Source: the human T2T-CHM13v2.0 reference genome, Homo sapiens. Taken from it: 64,000 nucleotides of DNA. The position numbers and the translations under genes are program-made. Below, in pieces: positions 28,970 through 42,325 of this stretch (position 1 is its first letter; the number at the start of each line of letters is the position of its first letter). The stretch lies in assembly GCF_009914755.1 (NCBI RefSeq), contig NC_060931.1, one strand, 5' to 3'. The notes beneath the pieces were generated by a model. The model saw only the letters and a list, made by a program, of their open reading frames with translations. It searched no databases and was not told the DNA's origin.

Positions 28970-31534
28970 AGAAACTGAACAGACAAATAACAAGCAGCAA
29001 GATTGAAATGGTAATAAAAAAATTGCCAATACAATTACAAAAAAGTCCAGGACCAGATGGATTCACAGCTGAATTCTATCAGATATTCAGAGAAGAATTG
29101 GTTCTAATTCTGTTGACATTATTCCCCTGGATAGAGAAAGAGGGAATCCTCCCTAAATCATTCCATGAAGCCAATATCGCCCTAATATCGAAACCAAGGA
29201 AGGGCATAAAAATAAAATAAAATTACAGAGCAATATCACTGATGAACATAGGCAAATATCCTCAATAAAATACTAGCTAACTGAATCCAACAGCATAACA
29301 AAAAGATAATCCACTATTATCAAGTGGGTTTCGTACCAGGCATGCAGGGGCGGTTTAACATATGCAGGTCAACAAAGGTAATACACCACATAAACAGAAT
29401 TATAAACAAAAATCACATGATCATCTCAATAGCCACATTTGACAAAATCCAGCATCCCTTTATGATTAAAACTCTCAGCAAAATCAACATAGAAAGTACA
29501 TACCTTAAGATGATAAAAGCCATCTATGACAAACTCACAGCCAACATTATACCTCATGGGGAAAAGTTGACAGCATTCCCCCTGAGAACTGGAACAAAAC
29601 AAGGATGTCCACTTTCACCACTTCTATTCATCCTAGTACTGGATGTCCTAGCCACAGCAATCAGGCAAGAGAAAGAAATCAAGGGAATCCATATCAGTAA
29701 AGAGGATGTCAAACTGTTGCTGTTTGCTGATGATATGATTGTATACATGGAAAACCCTAAAGACTCATTCACGAAGCTCCTAGAACAGGTAAATGAATTC
29801 AGCAAAGTTTCGGAATACAAAATTAATGTACACAAATCAGCAGCTCTGCTATACACCAACAGCGACTAAGCTGAGAATCAGATTAATAACGGAACCCCTT
29901 TTACAATAACAGCAAAAACAAATAAAATGCTTAGGAATATACCTAACCAAGGAGGTGAAAGATCTCCACAGGGAAAATGACAAAACACAGCTGAAAATAA
30001 TCATAGATTACACAAACAAATGGAAACACACCCCATGCTCATGGATGGGTAGAATAATTATTGTGAAAATGACCATACTGCCAAAAGCAATCTACAAATT
30101 CAACACAATTCCCATCAAAATACCACCATCATTCTCCACAGAACTAGAAAAAAAATGCTAAAATTCATATAGGATCAAAAAAGAGTTTGCATAGCTAAAG
30201 CAAGACTAAGCAAAAAGAACAAATCTGGAGGCAGCACAATACTCAACTTCAAACTATACTATCAAGGCATAGTCACCAAAACAGCATGGTTCTGGTATAA
30301 AAATAGACACATAAACCAATGGAACAAGAGAAAACCCAGAAATAAAGCCAAATATTATATCTACAGCCAGCTGATCTTCAACAAAGCAAATAAAAACATA
30401 AAGTGGGGAGAGGACCCCCTATTCAACAAATGGTTCTGGGATAATTGGAAAGCCACATGTGGAAGAATGAAACTGGATCCTCATGTTTCACCTCCTACAA
30501 AAATCAATTTAAGATTGCTCAAAGATTTAAATCTAAATCCTGAAATCATAAAAATTCTAGAAGATAAATTGGAAAACTCTTTCTAGACATTGGCTTAGGC
30601 AAAGACTTCATGACCAAGAACCCAAAAGAAAATGAAATGAAAACAAAGATAAATAGCTGAGACTTAATTAAACTAAGAAGTTTCTGGACAGCAAAAGAAA
30701 TAATTAGCAGAGTTAACAGACAACATACAGAGTGGGAGAAAATCTTCACAATCTGTACATCCGACAAAGGACTAATATCTAGAATCTACGAAGAACTCAA
30801 ATCAGGAAAAAAAACAATCCCATCAAAATGGGCTAAGGACACGAATATACAATTCTCAAAAAGAAGATATACAAATGGCCAACATGTATATGGAGAAATG
30901 TGCAACATCACTAATTATAAAGGAAATGCAAATCAAAACCACAATGCAATACCACCTTACTCCTGCAAGAACGGTCATAATTGAGAAATCAAAAGATAAT
31001 ACATATTGGTGTGGATGTGGTGAAAAGAGAACACTTTCGTACTGTTGCAGGGAATGTAAACTAGTACAAACACTGCGGAAAACAGTGCGGAGATTCCTTA
31101 AAGAACTAAAGGTAGATCTACCATTTGATCCAGCAATCCCACTACTAGGTACCTACCCAGAGGAAAAGAAGTCATTACACAAAAAAGATGCTTACACATG
31201 CATGTTTATAGCAGCACAATTTGCAGGGACAAAAATATGGAACCAGCCCAAATGCCCATTAATCAAGTGGATAAAGAAAATGTGGCAAATATATACCATG
31301 GAATACTACTCAGCCATAAAACAGAATGAAACAATGTCATTTGCAGCAACCTGGATGGAATTGGAGACCATTATTCTAAGTGATGTAACTCAGGAATGGA
31401 AAACCAAACATCGTATGTTGTCACTCATAAGTGGGAGCTAAGCTATGAGGATGCAAAGGCACAAGAATGATGCAATGGACTTTGGGCACTTGGAAAGGGC
31501 AGGAGGTGGGTGAGGGATAAAAGACTACACCTTG

Positions 31535-31841
<307 letters not shown>

Positions 31842-32030
31842 AAAAGACTACACATTGGGTACAGTGTACACTGCTTGGGTGATGGGTACACCAAACTGTC
31901 AGAAATCACCACTAAAGAATTTATTCATGTAACCAAACACCACCTGTTCCCCAGAAACCTTTTGAAATAAAAATAAATAAATAAAAGAAACAGGCATTTA
32001 GAAAATAATAATTAAAAAATAAAATTTCAT

Positions 32031-33365
32031 AATATGTAGATGTCTACATAAATTTGAAAACTTAGGTGAAATGGGATATATTTTAGATAAATATTGGTTT
32101 AAAAAGATGGAACCATTTGAGATAAAAACCTCAAACAGACCAACTCTCAACAAACAGAGAACGATATCAAATAAGTACCCAAAAAAATAAAATAAAGCCA
32201 AGAAAACAAAGAAACCAAAAACCCAACAAGCTTTCGTAAGGGGCTTAAAGCAGACCTTTAAGCATTGATTGTTCCAATCCTCTTTAAATTGTTCCACAGT
32301 ATTGAAAATTAAAGAAAACTTAATAATTTTTGTGAAGTACAAATAACATTGCTACCTAAACCTGCTAAAAACAGTGTAAGAAGGTTATAGACAAATACCA
32401 CTTTTGATACTTAAAGTTCTAACCAAAACATTAGCCAACATAATCAAACACTATTTTGGAAAATAATATACTATGACAAGGTGAGATTTGTTAAAGGAAT
32501 GTAAGTTTGGCTTTGATTAGGAAATTCATCAGTATAATAATATAGCATATTAATTGAGCTAAGGAAAAGATTACGGTTATCGTCATGGATGCTAAAAAAG
32601 TCATTGACAAAATTTAATCCCCATTCTTTTTATAAATAACAAATAAATAGAACTTGATGGACATTTTCTCAACAATTTAAGATAAATCATTGTGTGCATA
32701 TATATAAAATATTTTATCAAATACATATATATTTATAAATATATATCATATATAGTTTTACAACTAAGGGAAATATAAATATATGCATATCTATAGGTAT
32801 AGATATATAGACAAACATATATATATTTCCCTTAGATTAAAAGCTAGCATCATATTAATATGGAAACATTAAAAGTATTTGAATTGAGATAAGAAGACAA
32901 GGCTGTCCATCAATTCCTATATTGTTGAATATTTTCCTAGAAGTATTAGATAATACAATTGGACAAGAGAAATCTGTTAACAGTCTAAAAATCTTAAAAA
33001 AGCAATACAATTATTTATATATGCAGACACTATAGGACGCCTGTAAAATCTTAAAGCAGCATTCATCTCCTGCAATTTTCTGTGATTATTGAAATGTTCT
33101 ACACTGAGTTGTCCAATACCATAAACATACACTTGGTGCCTACCCTATTGAACAGAATGATCCTAGGGAATCAATGGTAAACTAAACATAATATAGTAAG
33201 ATGGCAGAATAAAACATTAGTATTCACAAATTAATAGTTTTCAAAAGCAGAAAAAAGTAACCAGTTACAAGATGTAACATTAGAAAACACTCCATTTACA
33301 ATGGCACTGCCACCACTGCCAACAACAAAAAATGCTTGGGAATAAATTTAGCCAAAAATGTGGGT
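32031..33365 (+). mobile_element. Ancient L1M ORF2 (right part of host element, RT region)
   Basis: aaatttgaaaacttaggtgaaatgg (NKLENLDEM-like), gatgctaaaaaagtcattgacaaaattt, agacaaggctgtccat, atatgcagacactat. Confidence 0.75.
33055..33160. mobile_element. MER3-like hAT fragment
   Basis: ttttctgtgattattgaaatgttctacactgagttgtccaatac ... ctaccctattgaacag. Confidence 0.5.
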
Positions 33366-33367
33366 AA

Positions 33368-34187
33368 CCTTGACACTTTGAAGAGTTTTGGCCAGTTATT
33401 TTGTAGAATCTCCCTTGATGTGAGTTTGATATTTTCTGAAGTTTAAATTTGGGGTGTATATATTTGGTTAGAATACCATAGAAGTGAAAGTGAACCTTTC
33501 TCAGTGTACCATATCACCAGCATATGGTGTTGATGTGGTCCATTAATAATGCTAGATTTACCTTGTGGTTAAGCTGGTGTCTACAGTTTCTGTACTGTGA
33601 AGGTACTATTTTTCTTCATAATTAATAAATTGTGGAGAGATGTAATTCATAATATATTGTGAGCCTATGTAAATGTTCTGTCTCCCTTCATAATTTCACT
33701 CGCTATTTTTAGCATTCAATGATGGTTCTTGCCTGTTATAATTAATTACTGTGGTGTTTTCCAAATGGTGATTCTTTTTACTCCTACCATTCTTTCTATA
33801 TTTATTAGTATGAATTTTACTGTAAGGAATCCTCCCTATTTATTTATATCACTATGGAATCATAACTTCTTCTTCTATGTGTTATAATAGAAAACTGTAA
33901 TTATTTTATCCCAGATTTTTAATGTCACCCCAACTTTTGAGTTTTCCCTTATTTTCTGGCACTACAAGATGTTCCAGGCTTACCATGTAATACTTTTCCT
34001 CCAGAATCATTCATTTGAAACTCTGGTTTCTTTTACTTGAGGATGGTGTTCAGAAACCAAGATTTGGATACTAATTGTGCCCATTGGTACTAGGTTATCA
34101 TTATTTGTAGGACTTCCCAGTGGACAGAACTAGGAAATACATGTGTATAGATAGATAGATAGATAGATAGGTAGATAGATAGATAGG

Positions 34188-34234
<47 letters not shown>

Positions 34235-34300
34235 GTTAATTATCTATCTATTTATATAATCTATCTGTCATCTATCTGTCAATCATTTATCTACCATGAA
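33368..34300 (-). mobile_element. L1MC-type 3' region
   Basis: ttgacactttgaagagttttggccagttattttgtagaat, ttttctggcactacaagatgttccaggct, cagtggacagaactaggaaata. Confidence 0.8.
34148..34235 (+). repeat. Compound tetranucleotide STR (TAGA)5 TAGG (TAGA)3 TAGG (TAGA)11 TAGG
   Basis: Counted directly from the sequence. Confidence 0.97.
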
Positions 34301-35189
34301 GTATTACTAGTAAAGCAAGGTACAGTCTGGAGAAGTGAAAAACATTAATTCTCTGAGAACTGAAAAAATAACTTCAGAGACTGTCATGTACTGTAGTGAA
34401 GATAAGTGCATAACAAAGCTCAGGAGATTGTTTTCATCTTCTCAAGTCAATAAAAAGCTTAGCCATTAATTAAAAGCTAAGAAAAGAAAAATGAAAATAT
34501 CGAAAAGACAGATCTGCAATTATCTTATATGGCAGTGTTCTTTTTTAAAAAATGACTAAGAGAAAAAGATTAAAATTATGAGCAACAGTAAAAATATTTA
34601 TAATGTACAGCATATAGCAGAGAGAGAGACATCAAATATGAAGAGTTGTCCAGCAGGTGCCAGAGAATTTTGGGGAGGTGAGGAAATCTATGAAGTAATA
34701 TGAGAAACACTGGTAGGCGACCCCCTATGGGAAGTGTCCAATCTGGACTGGACTGGTGACAGGGAACTGGGATATAAGGTAAGCTGATTAATATTCATTT
34801 AAAATACATTTATCTAATTTAACATAAAATTGGGTAATTTCTTTCTCATCTTCTCAACCATTTATAATAGAAGAAAATGAAAATATTTTCCATGCTTTGT
34901 GGCTTTCTCTCTTTTGTGATCCTTTTTGCTTTAACTTTTTCCTCCTGCATTGTTTCTACTTAGTGCTAAAAGAAACTCAGCCATGGTCAAAGTCAGGGAC
35001 ATATCATTCTGACCCCTTGTTCTCTCATGATTTGTGGCTCTCCCGCTGCTGCTGCTACAGTTCATATGATTCCATTTTAATGTCTATCACTCTCATCTTC
35101 ATTACCAGGAGAAAAAAAATCACAAATAGCCATCTCACCCTTCTTCTCCTGTATTTCATACCCTAGTCCTCCCAGTCCTTTATAGAGAT

Positions 35190-35530
35190 AACAATCTTAA
35201 TTTTCCCAATGACACTTCAGTACCTGAAAGGATCAAATCTAAATTCCTTAGATGGCTACTTAAGGATTTGCCGTATATATTCTTTCTTGCTAGTATCCTT
35301 GTCTATTGCTCCACTTTAAACCCCCAAGCTTATCCAACCTTATCTGCCACTGCTCTTTCACATTAAATGCCTGTGTCAGAGGGGCTGGTTTTCTTCCTGC
35401 CATCAGCCACTCTCTTCTCTCTCCCATCTGCACTTTGGTCATAAAATAATTTTTACTTCTACATATCCAACTTACGCTCATCATTCAAAGCATACCTTAT
35501 CTCCTCCCCAGTGGTAATTCCCTGTGTAAT
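35190..35530 (+). mobile_element. L2 remnant
   Basis: ggatcaaatctaaattccttagatggc..ttaaggatttg, tacgctcatcattcaaagc. Confidence 0.4.
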
Positions 35531-36802
35531 GTGGCTTTTATGAATGGCTTGTTTCTCTGAATTTTGGCAATTCTCATTATGTCTGTCATTTATTTTGTTA
35601 TTTAAATGGTAGCAGAATATGGCATTACTTTAAATTTTATTTAATGAAACAGTCACATAAAGTTTCTTTATTCAACATAGGTCATTTCATTTAGGGGAAG
35701 AAGTTGCTTAACAAGTTTTATGACTTAAATTCTCCCCAGAATTTATTGAATGTACAACTCAAAGAGAACTCAAATTCTTCTAAGTTAATAAGAAGAATTT
35801 CAGTTAAATAAAAGAATAACAAAGAATAGAATGTTATTTTATTGAGGTACATTTGCAAGCTCTCTCTATTTGAAAGGTGCTCTAAATAGCCTCTGAGTTT
35901 TAGGTTTTATTACTGGAGGATTCAATAGGGTAGTATTCTGCCTTTTGTTGTAGTTAGAGAAATAATATAATGTGATTCTTTCAATATAAAATCTCTACAT
36001 ATTAATTTGAAGTAATAGGTCAGTTAGAGTAAATTCATTCAAAGCAGAAATTAAGCTATATTTAAGAAAGAATCATTTGTACTGTTTAAAAAATAGTACA
36101 GTATGTTTTAAGGAAAACTACAACATTCAGGGCTGTATGGAACTCAATTAGTCCTTAAGCCATTAAGTAAATGAAATCTTAGGATGTTTCCTTGCTTCTC
36201 TGAAGTAGCAATACATTATAGCAGTCTGGCAAGGCTCTCAGCCCTCACAAATAATAGAGTCCCACATACTCAGTATTCTCCAGAACTCAGCCCTCTGCCT
36301 GACTCTCCTCAAATGTAGAAAGAAAAACGATGTTCACCATTAAGAAGGAGGCAAGGAGGAGGGGCAATAGGGAGAGGAGAGGGAAAGAGAGAGAAGTAGC
36401 TTTTGCTTCTTTATTTCTGGGAGTCCTTTCCAAACCAAACTATTAGAGACACATACTCCCTTCAAATTTCACCATGGGAGCCCCCGACTTTTGCATGATA
36501 ATACAGAGTGGTGTCTTTTATACCCCTATGAAAGTTCTTCATGGAGTGCAGTAGGTTAATGAAGGTTGAGGGGAGGGATCATAAAGGGAAGTGACTTGAA
36601 GGTGTTGCAGAGCTGGTGGGAGTCCAGGGAGTGTCTCATAGCCTGTACTCCCATCATTTATTAAAGACTGCACATGCTTCCTTCCAAGTTTCCTTTCCTT
36701 TCTTTAAAGGACATATACTTTGTAAAATATAGAGAAGGAAATGCTTTGATCCCATAGGCTGTAAAACTAATCCCAAGAACACATAAACGATGATGTGAAG
36801 CA

Positions 36803-37103
<301 letters not shown>

Positions 37104-37113
37104 TATTATCTTG

Positions 37114-37404
37114 GGTCGGGCGCAGTGGCTCACGCCTATAATCCCTGCACTTCGGGAGGCCCGGGCAGGTGGATCACTAGGTCAGGAGTTGGAGACCAGC
37201 CTGGCCAAGATGGTGAAACCCCATCTCTACTAAAAATACAAAAAGTAGCCGGGCACCTGTAATCCCAGCTAATCAGGAGGCTGAGGCAGGAGAATCGCTT
37301 GAACCTGGGAGGCGGGGGTTGCCGTGAGCCGAGATCACCCAGCTGCACCCTAGCCTGGGCAACAGAGCAGGACTCCATCTTTAAAAAATAAAATAAAAAT
37401 AAAA
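37114..37404 (+). mobile_element. AluSg-like element (second of tandem pair)
   Basis: ggatcactaggtcaggagtt (2-bp deletion type), ccaagatggtg; short deletion at the start of the right arm; (TAAAA)n tail. Confidence 0.9.
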
Positions 37405-38828
37405 GATGATGTGAAGCATTTAGATATAGGTATGTATATCTTTTGCTTACCATCTTTCAATAAATCATCTGCTTTATTTTTAGTATTCCCAAATGTGTTA
37501 GAGAAATGGGAGCCATAAGAATGAAATGAAGGGAAATGGGAGCATTCTGGCTTTATTCAAAGCAAGGCAGACAATTGACCATGGGCATCCAAAACAGCAT
37601 GGCCATAAATAAAGGTGGTTATTTTTATAGTGCTTATTTAGGGGATCCAGTGCTTTGTATATGATAGTAGAAGAGACTTATTATTAACAATGAGAAAAAT
37701 GAGTTGCCAAATTTAGAGACCACTCCACATTCATGAACTTGAAAATTCTAGGCAAACTTGAAACCTCTTGTTGGCATCTGGGTTGATTTATCCTTGCCAA
37801 GAGACTGTGTGTTTCTTTTGTTTCTTTTTTCAGAAGAGTAAAACAATTCTCTCAAACAAAACTTAAATTAGTGGTTTCTTCAAGTTGTGATATATATAAA
37901 CATAGACGTATAACATTTGTAGAAGCTATATATATATATGCATTATAGAAAATTAAGTACAGAAAGATAACACAAATCATAAACAAGAAAAAATGCACAT
38001 TCAATGTTATACACTATATCCCTCTGAATCTCTTTCTGTCCTCTCCCCCACCCTTCACCCTCCCCTCCCCTCCTCTCCTTCTCTTTCTCTGAGTTAGGTG
38101 AATAACACATAAATCTATCTTTTTGTAAGCCAAAGAAAATTACACACTACATATTCATGTAAGCTGCTTTTTCAGTCAATAGTCTTCAACATTCCATTTT
38201 ATTAAAATGTCCTATCTCATGATGGGCAGAGAAGAGGGCTTGGAGCAAGTGAACTGATGAAGGTAAGAAGCAGTAGTGAGAAACATGAGTTTATATATTT
38301 AATGCATTTAACTTTAAGCATGCATTTACAAATGCACTGATAGAAACATTAAAACAGACTATTTGAAATCACATGCATTTCAGAAAATGTTAAAGGTCCA
38401 TTGACTCTAATAATTGACATATAAAAATTTTCTGATTAAGGGAGTTTTCTTTATTTTGGGTTTTCCAAATGGATCTTTAAAGGTAACTTCTAAAATTTCA
38501 TAATATTTATATTTTTTAAAAAAGACAAGGATAGTCTGGTATGTACAGAAGGGTCTGTGATTTTTCCTTAACAACATTGTCTAAGCAGAAGAGGTAAATT
38601 TGGATTCTCAGATAATATATCAGAAACGTTCACACTTAGTATGATCTTAGACTGTTTCCCTGTATGCATCTTCATTCATCCGTGTATGCAACCACTACAG
38701 CTAATGATACAGAAAAAGAAACATCAGTAAATTAGCTGCTTTGCAATTGGCTTATTAATTAGTGTGCTCAAACTTCTAAAGAATTCCATTCTTTCACATT
38801 AACAAAGAGTCACGGAGGGAGAGACAAA

Positions 38829-38916
38829 TACATACACACACACACACACACACACATATGTATGGAGGGAGAAAATATATGTACACACACGTATCTATGT
38901 ATATATATATACATAG
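38829..38916. repeat. (CA)n / (TA)n microsatellite cluster
   Basis: CA run at ~38834-38856, a partial repeat of ggagggaga..acacacac, then a TA run. Confidence 0.85.
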
Positions 38917-38974
38917 TTATGTAATATTTGTATATTAAGAAAGAAAAGAAAAATATTAGATACAGAGGTGACTA

Positions 38975-39440
38975 ATTTGGGGGCTTGACTACAGGTAATT
39001 AATTTGAGAGTCTATCACAGGAAGCAACTGAGAACAGGTAAGGGAAGGAGATAAAGCCAATCTCAGGTTTATTGAGGCTTCTACTATGGTTGCTGTGGGA
39101 ACTGTGTGAAAGACTGATGAGAACGGTCCATATAAAAAAAGTATGGGAGGAGAATCAGCTGCCAATTGGCTCCCATCTGTCTTTGGTTGAGGATTACCCA
39201 CCAAGAGCATTTACTGTTTGGCATTTCCAAGCCACAGCTGAGCATGGGACAATCAAGCTATTCTTGGGGCATAGAAAAAAAAATTGAGGCCAGATGAGGA
39301 AAGACTTGAGACTTGTATGCCTGAGGCATGACTCTGTCAGGGCAAAGTGAGTCAGAGCTGGCACAGAACTGTCTGCTCGGTCTTTGCCTGAAGTCAGAAG
39401 TAGGCACAGGGACTAAGGTAGGCATGTGAGGTGTGCTCTG
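38975..39440. mobile_element. Old ERVL-class LTR remnant
   Basis: acaggaagcaactgag..acaggtaagggaaggagataaagccaat..tttattgag..ctgtgggaact resembles LTR16/33/41-type elements; family uncertain. Confidence 0.35.
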
Positions 39441-39759
39441 CAGAACAGAGCAGAGGTCATACTTATAACACGGAACTTTTGCTGTAGAGAACTATTGGAA
39501 CAGGAGAAGGATAAATCCATGTAATAGCATTGAAAAGGTCATGTTGGGAAAAATATTTTGGGATCTTTACTTAAGTACTCAGAGTCTGAGCCAAAACTGC
39601 TCAAGAATTAGGAAATGTATCAACTACCTGCCATTCGTTCCACAATAAGCAAAATCATGGCTCTTCATTCAGCTTTTTTCTTTCTCTCTTTATTTCTTCC
39701 TCTCTTTCTTCTTTCTCCTTTTATTTCCTTTCTTCTCCTTCAAATAGAGTCACTTTTTT

Positions 39760-39875
39760 CTTACTTATTTATTCATTTATTCCACATCTATTTGTTGAGC
39801 CTCTAGTAGATGCCTGATGTCATGTTAGTGTTTGGGAGTATAGTAAAAGAGACACAGTTCCTGTCCCCATGCATA
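39760..39875 (-). mobile_element. L2 3' end remnant
   Basis: attcatttattccacatctatttgttgagcctctagtagatgcc...gacacagttcctgtccccatg. Confidence 0.6.
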
Positions 39876-41719
39876 ATATATTACCTTTAGTCTTAAAGTG
39901 TTTTGCATGTTTTTTGTATTTTATTTTTAAAGCTAATGAAATTCTGGGCAATTGTCTGCCTACATAGTGATACAGAACATAGGAAAAAAGTCCACATGTA
40001 CCCAGATGGCTTGTAAAGCATGGATTATTTCATGCTTATGGTGTAGCCAGGAGCTGAAGGTCTCAAGAAATCAAGAGCTTGTAATGAAAATTTTATGTAT
40101 CAACTTGTAGGTTATATACAAGTAATTATGATAATGGCAATAAGAGCAGTATAGTCATTCCTATATGTCAGGCACTGGTATAAATGCTTGACTTACATTA
40201 ACTCATTTTAAATAAAAAAAAAAGGTCTATATATTATTACTAGACAAACAAAATACTTTTAACACTTTTCTGCTTATTTTAAATTCTAGATTTGAGTAAA
40301 CACTGTCACTGAGGAGAAAAGCAGGAAAAATAAGACAACTTTTCTACCGTTAAGTAATTTATAGTTTAGATAGGAACATGGATGGAGTGTGGCCAAGAAG
40401 TGAAGAGTGTTTCACAGGCTCCAAAGTGCAAGATGGTATTTACTGCAATCAGTGTATGCCAAAAGGACAATCTAAGAGAAGAGTCAACCTTCAAGTGGCA
40501 TGCATGAAAATAGTCACACTGGCAGAGGTGAGCTAGTGAAGGGAGTGACAAAAATTAGAGGATCTTTAGGTTTGAGCACAGAGACAAAGAATTTCCACCT
40601 GATAAAAACTCTGTTGTGATGATGATGACCATTTTACTATGCTTAGTTAGCATTCCGTGTAGCTCCTTTAAATTTAGCTTTTGGTAATGAGGGGAGGCAT
40701 CGGTGTTTGACTGTAAAGGCTTATCACTAGAAAAGTGTAAAGGCACTTTTTGAAAGTCTGTAATTACTTTTTATGTATTTCTCATGCCTATCATATCAAA
40801 TCTGATATTATCTGTCTTGCCTTTAAAAAAGTCCACTAGTTTCCACTTCTCAGCTCAATAACCTTGATACTCCTTCATTCAAGAAGATAAAAGATCATGA
40901 GGAAGGGATATGGGAAAAGAAATTAGGGGGGTCTATTTTATAGTTTTCACATTTTATTCTAACTGAAAAACATGACCTGGAGCTCGAATTGAAAACAGAT
41001 GTAGAGAAACTGCCATGGTTGCTGAATGAACATAGGTTGGGCTGCCCCTTTGGCATGACCAGCTGTGATTCCCTTCCAGTTCCTCTGCATCTGCAGTTGC
41101 TGTCTTCCAATGCACCAAATCTGCCTTCTTCACTCAGCAGCACAAGCTTTCTGGCTGACCAAGTGTCCTGGAATGAAATCAATGTTAATGATTTCTGTGA
41201 TTCTAGTTGTTTTTGCTTTATTGATGTTTCCTTCCCCCTTCATCCCACCTTCAAACTAATTTTTATTCTCTATGAAAACAATCCAAAATGATGAATTATT
41301 TTATGCTTTTGGAAGTGGTAGGATTTAATTGGGTTTCACTGGTTCAATTCAATTTCTGGCACAAGTAAGTCAAATCCTTGAACACAAGCAACAGACAACA
41401 GGAGAGATGGTGAATACTGGTGCCTGAGCACCATAGAACTCTGCTGAAAGCCAGTATGTCACCCACATGTGCCTTTTCATCTTTCCCCCTTTTTTGGCAA
41501 AATATTTCCATAATTACATGGAATAATGTTAGGGTACAAAAATGTTACAAATGGAATTAATATCAAGATAACCTAATTATTTTAATTTTCTGGCTCAAAT
41601 ATAGAAAAATGAAATTGTATAAACCTCTTTTTATTTCACCTATAAGAAGAATGTCTATAACACTTGGTTCTTTTCTCTACTACTGATTGAGGAAGACTTA
41701 GAAGGAAACGTCAAGTATA

Positions 41720-42170
41720 ATATTTATCTATTACTGTGTAGCAAACCACTTTAAAACCTGCTAGGTCAAAGCAACAATTTATTTGTCATGATTCTGTGTT
41801 TGATGGGACAGTTCTTATGCTGGCCTTTCCCAGGCTCATTCATGTAGCTGTACTGAGCCAGCCTCTTGCCTAGAGCTGGAGGATTCAGGATGACCTAACT
41901 CTCATGTCTGGGGCTTTTGTGATACCTATTAGCTGTGTTGTCTGTCTAGGTGGTCTTTCATCGTTCATGAGCGTGGTGGAATTCTTATTATTCTGAAGGT
42001 GGAGATGGAATCTGCACATATTTTTGAGGCCAATGTTGCAGAACTCACACAACCTCATATTTGCCACATTCTTTTGGTCAAACAAAGTCAAAAGTCCATC
42101 CCAGATTTAAGGGGTAGAGAATGCACTCTTTTGATTGGAAAAGTTGCAATAAACTTACTGTATCTACCAC
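41720..42170 (-). mobile_element. MaLR LTR (MLT1F/G/H-like)
   Basis: ctgtgtagcaaaccac..aaagcaacaatttatt..catgattctgtg; cagaactcacacaacctca..tgccacattcttttggtcaaacaaagtca..cccagatttaagggg. Confidence 0.75.
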
Positions 42171-42325
42171 CTTGAACAAATGAAAGTTTATAGTAACATT
42201 TTATATGTCAAAATCCCATGTTAAATTTCTTGAAGGCAAGGAATATCTTTATATTTATTTTCATATTTCAAACTCAGAGTGCCAACATATAGTGGATCTC
42301 AATATCTGCCCACTGAATATTTATG

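Noticed and set aside
27268-31441. L1 ORF2 fragments as active coding sequence
   Set aside because: Many stops and frameshifts, an Alu insertion and a deleted ORF1; a dead element.
34236-34295. TATC repeats following the TAGA STR as an inversion
   Set aside because: The comparable L1MC region at ~53720-53790 is also TA/TATC-rich, so this is probably native low complexity.
34647-34665. CTCF-like motif tgtccagcaggtgccagag
   Set aside because: Mismatch at a near-invariant core G; motif alone is insufficient.
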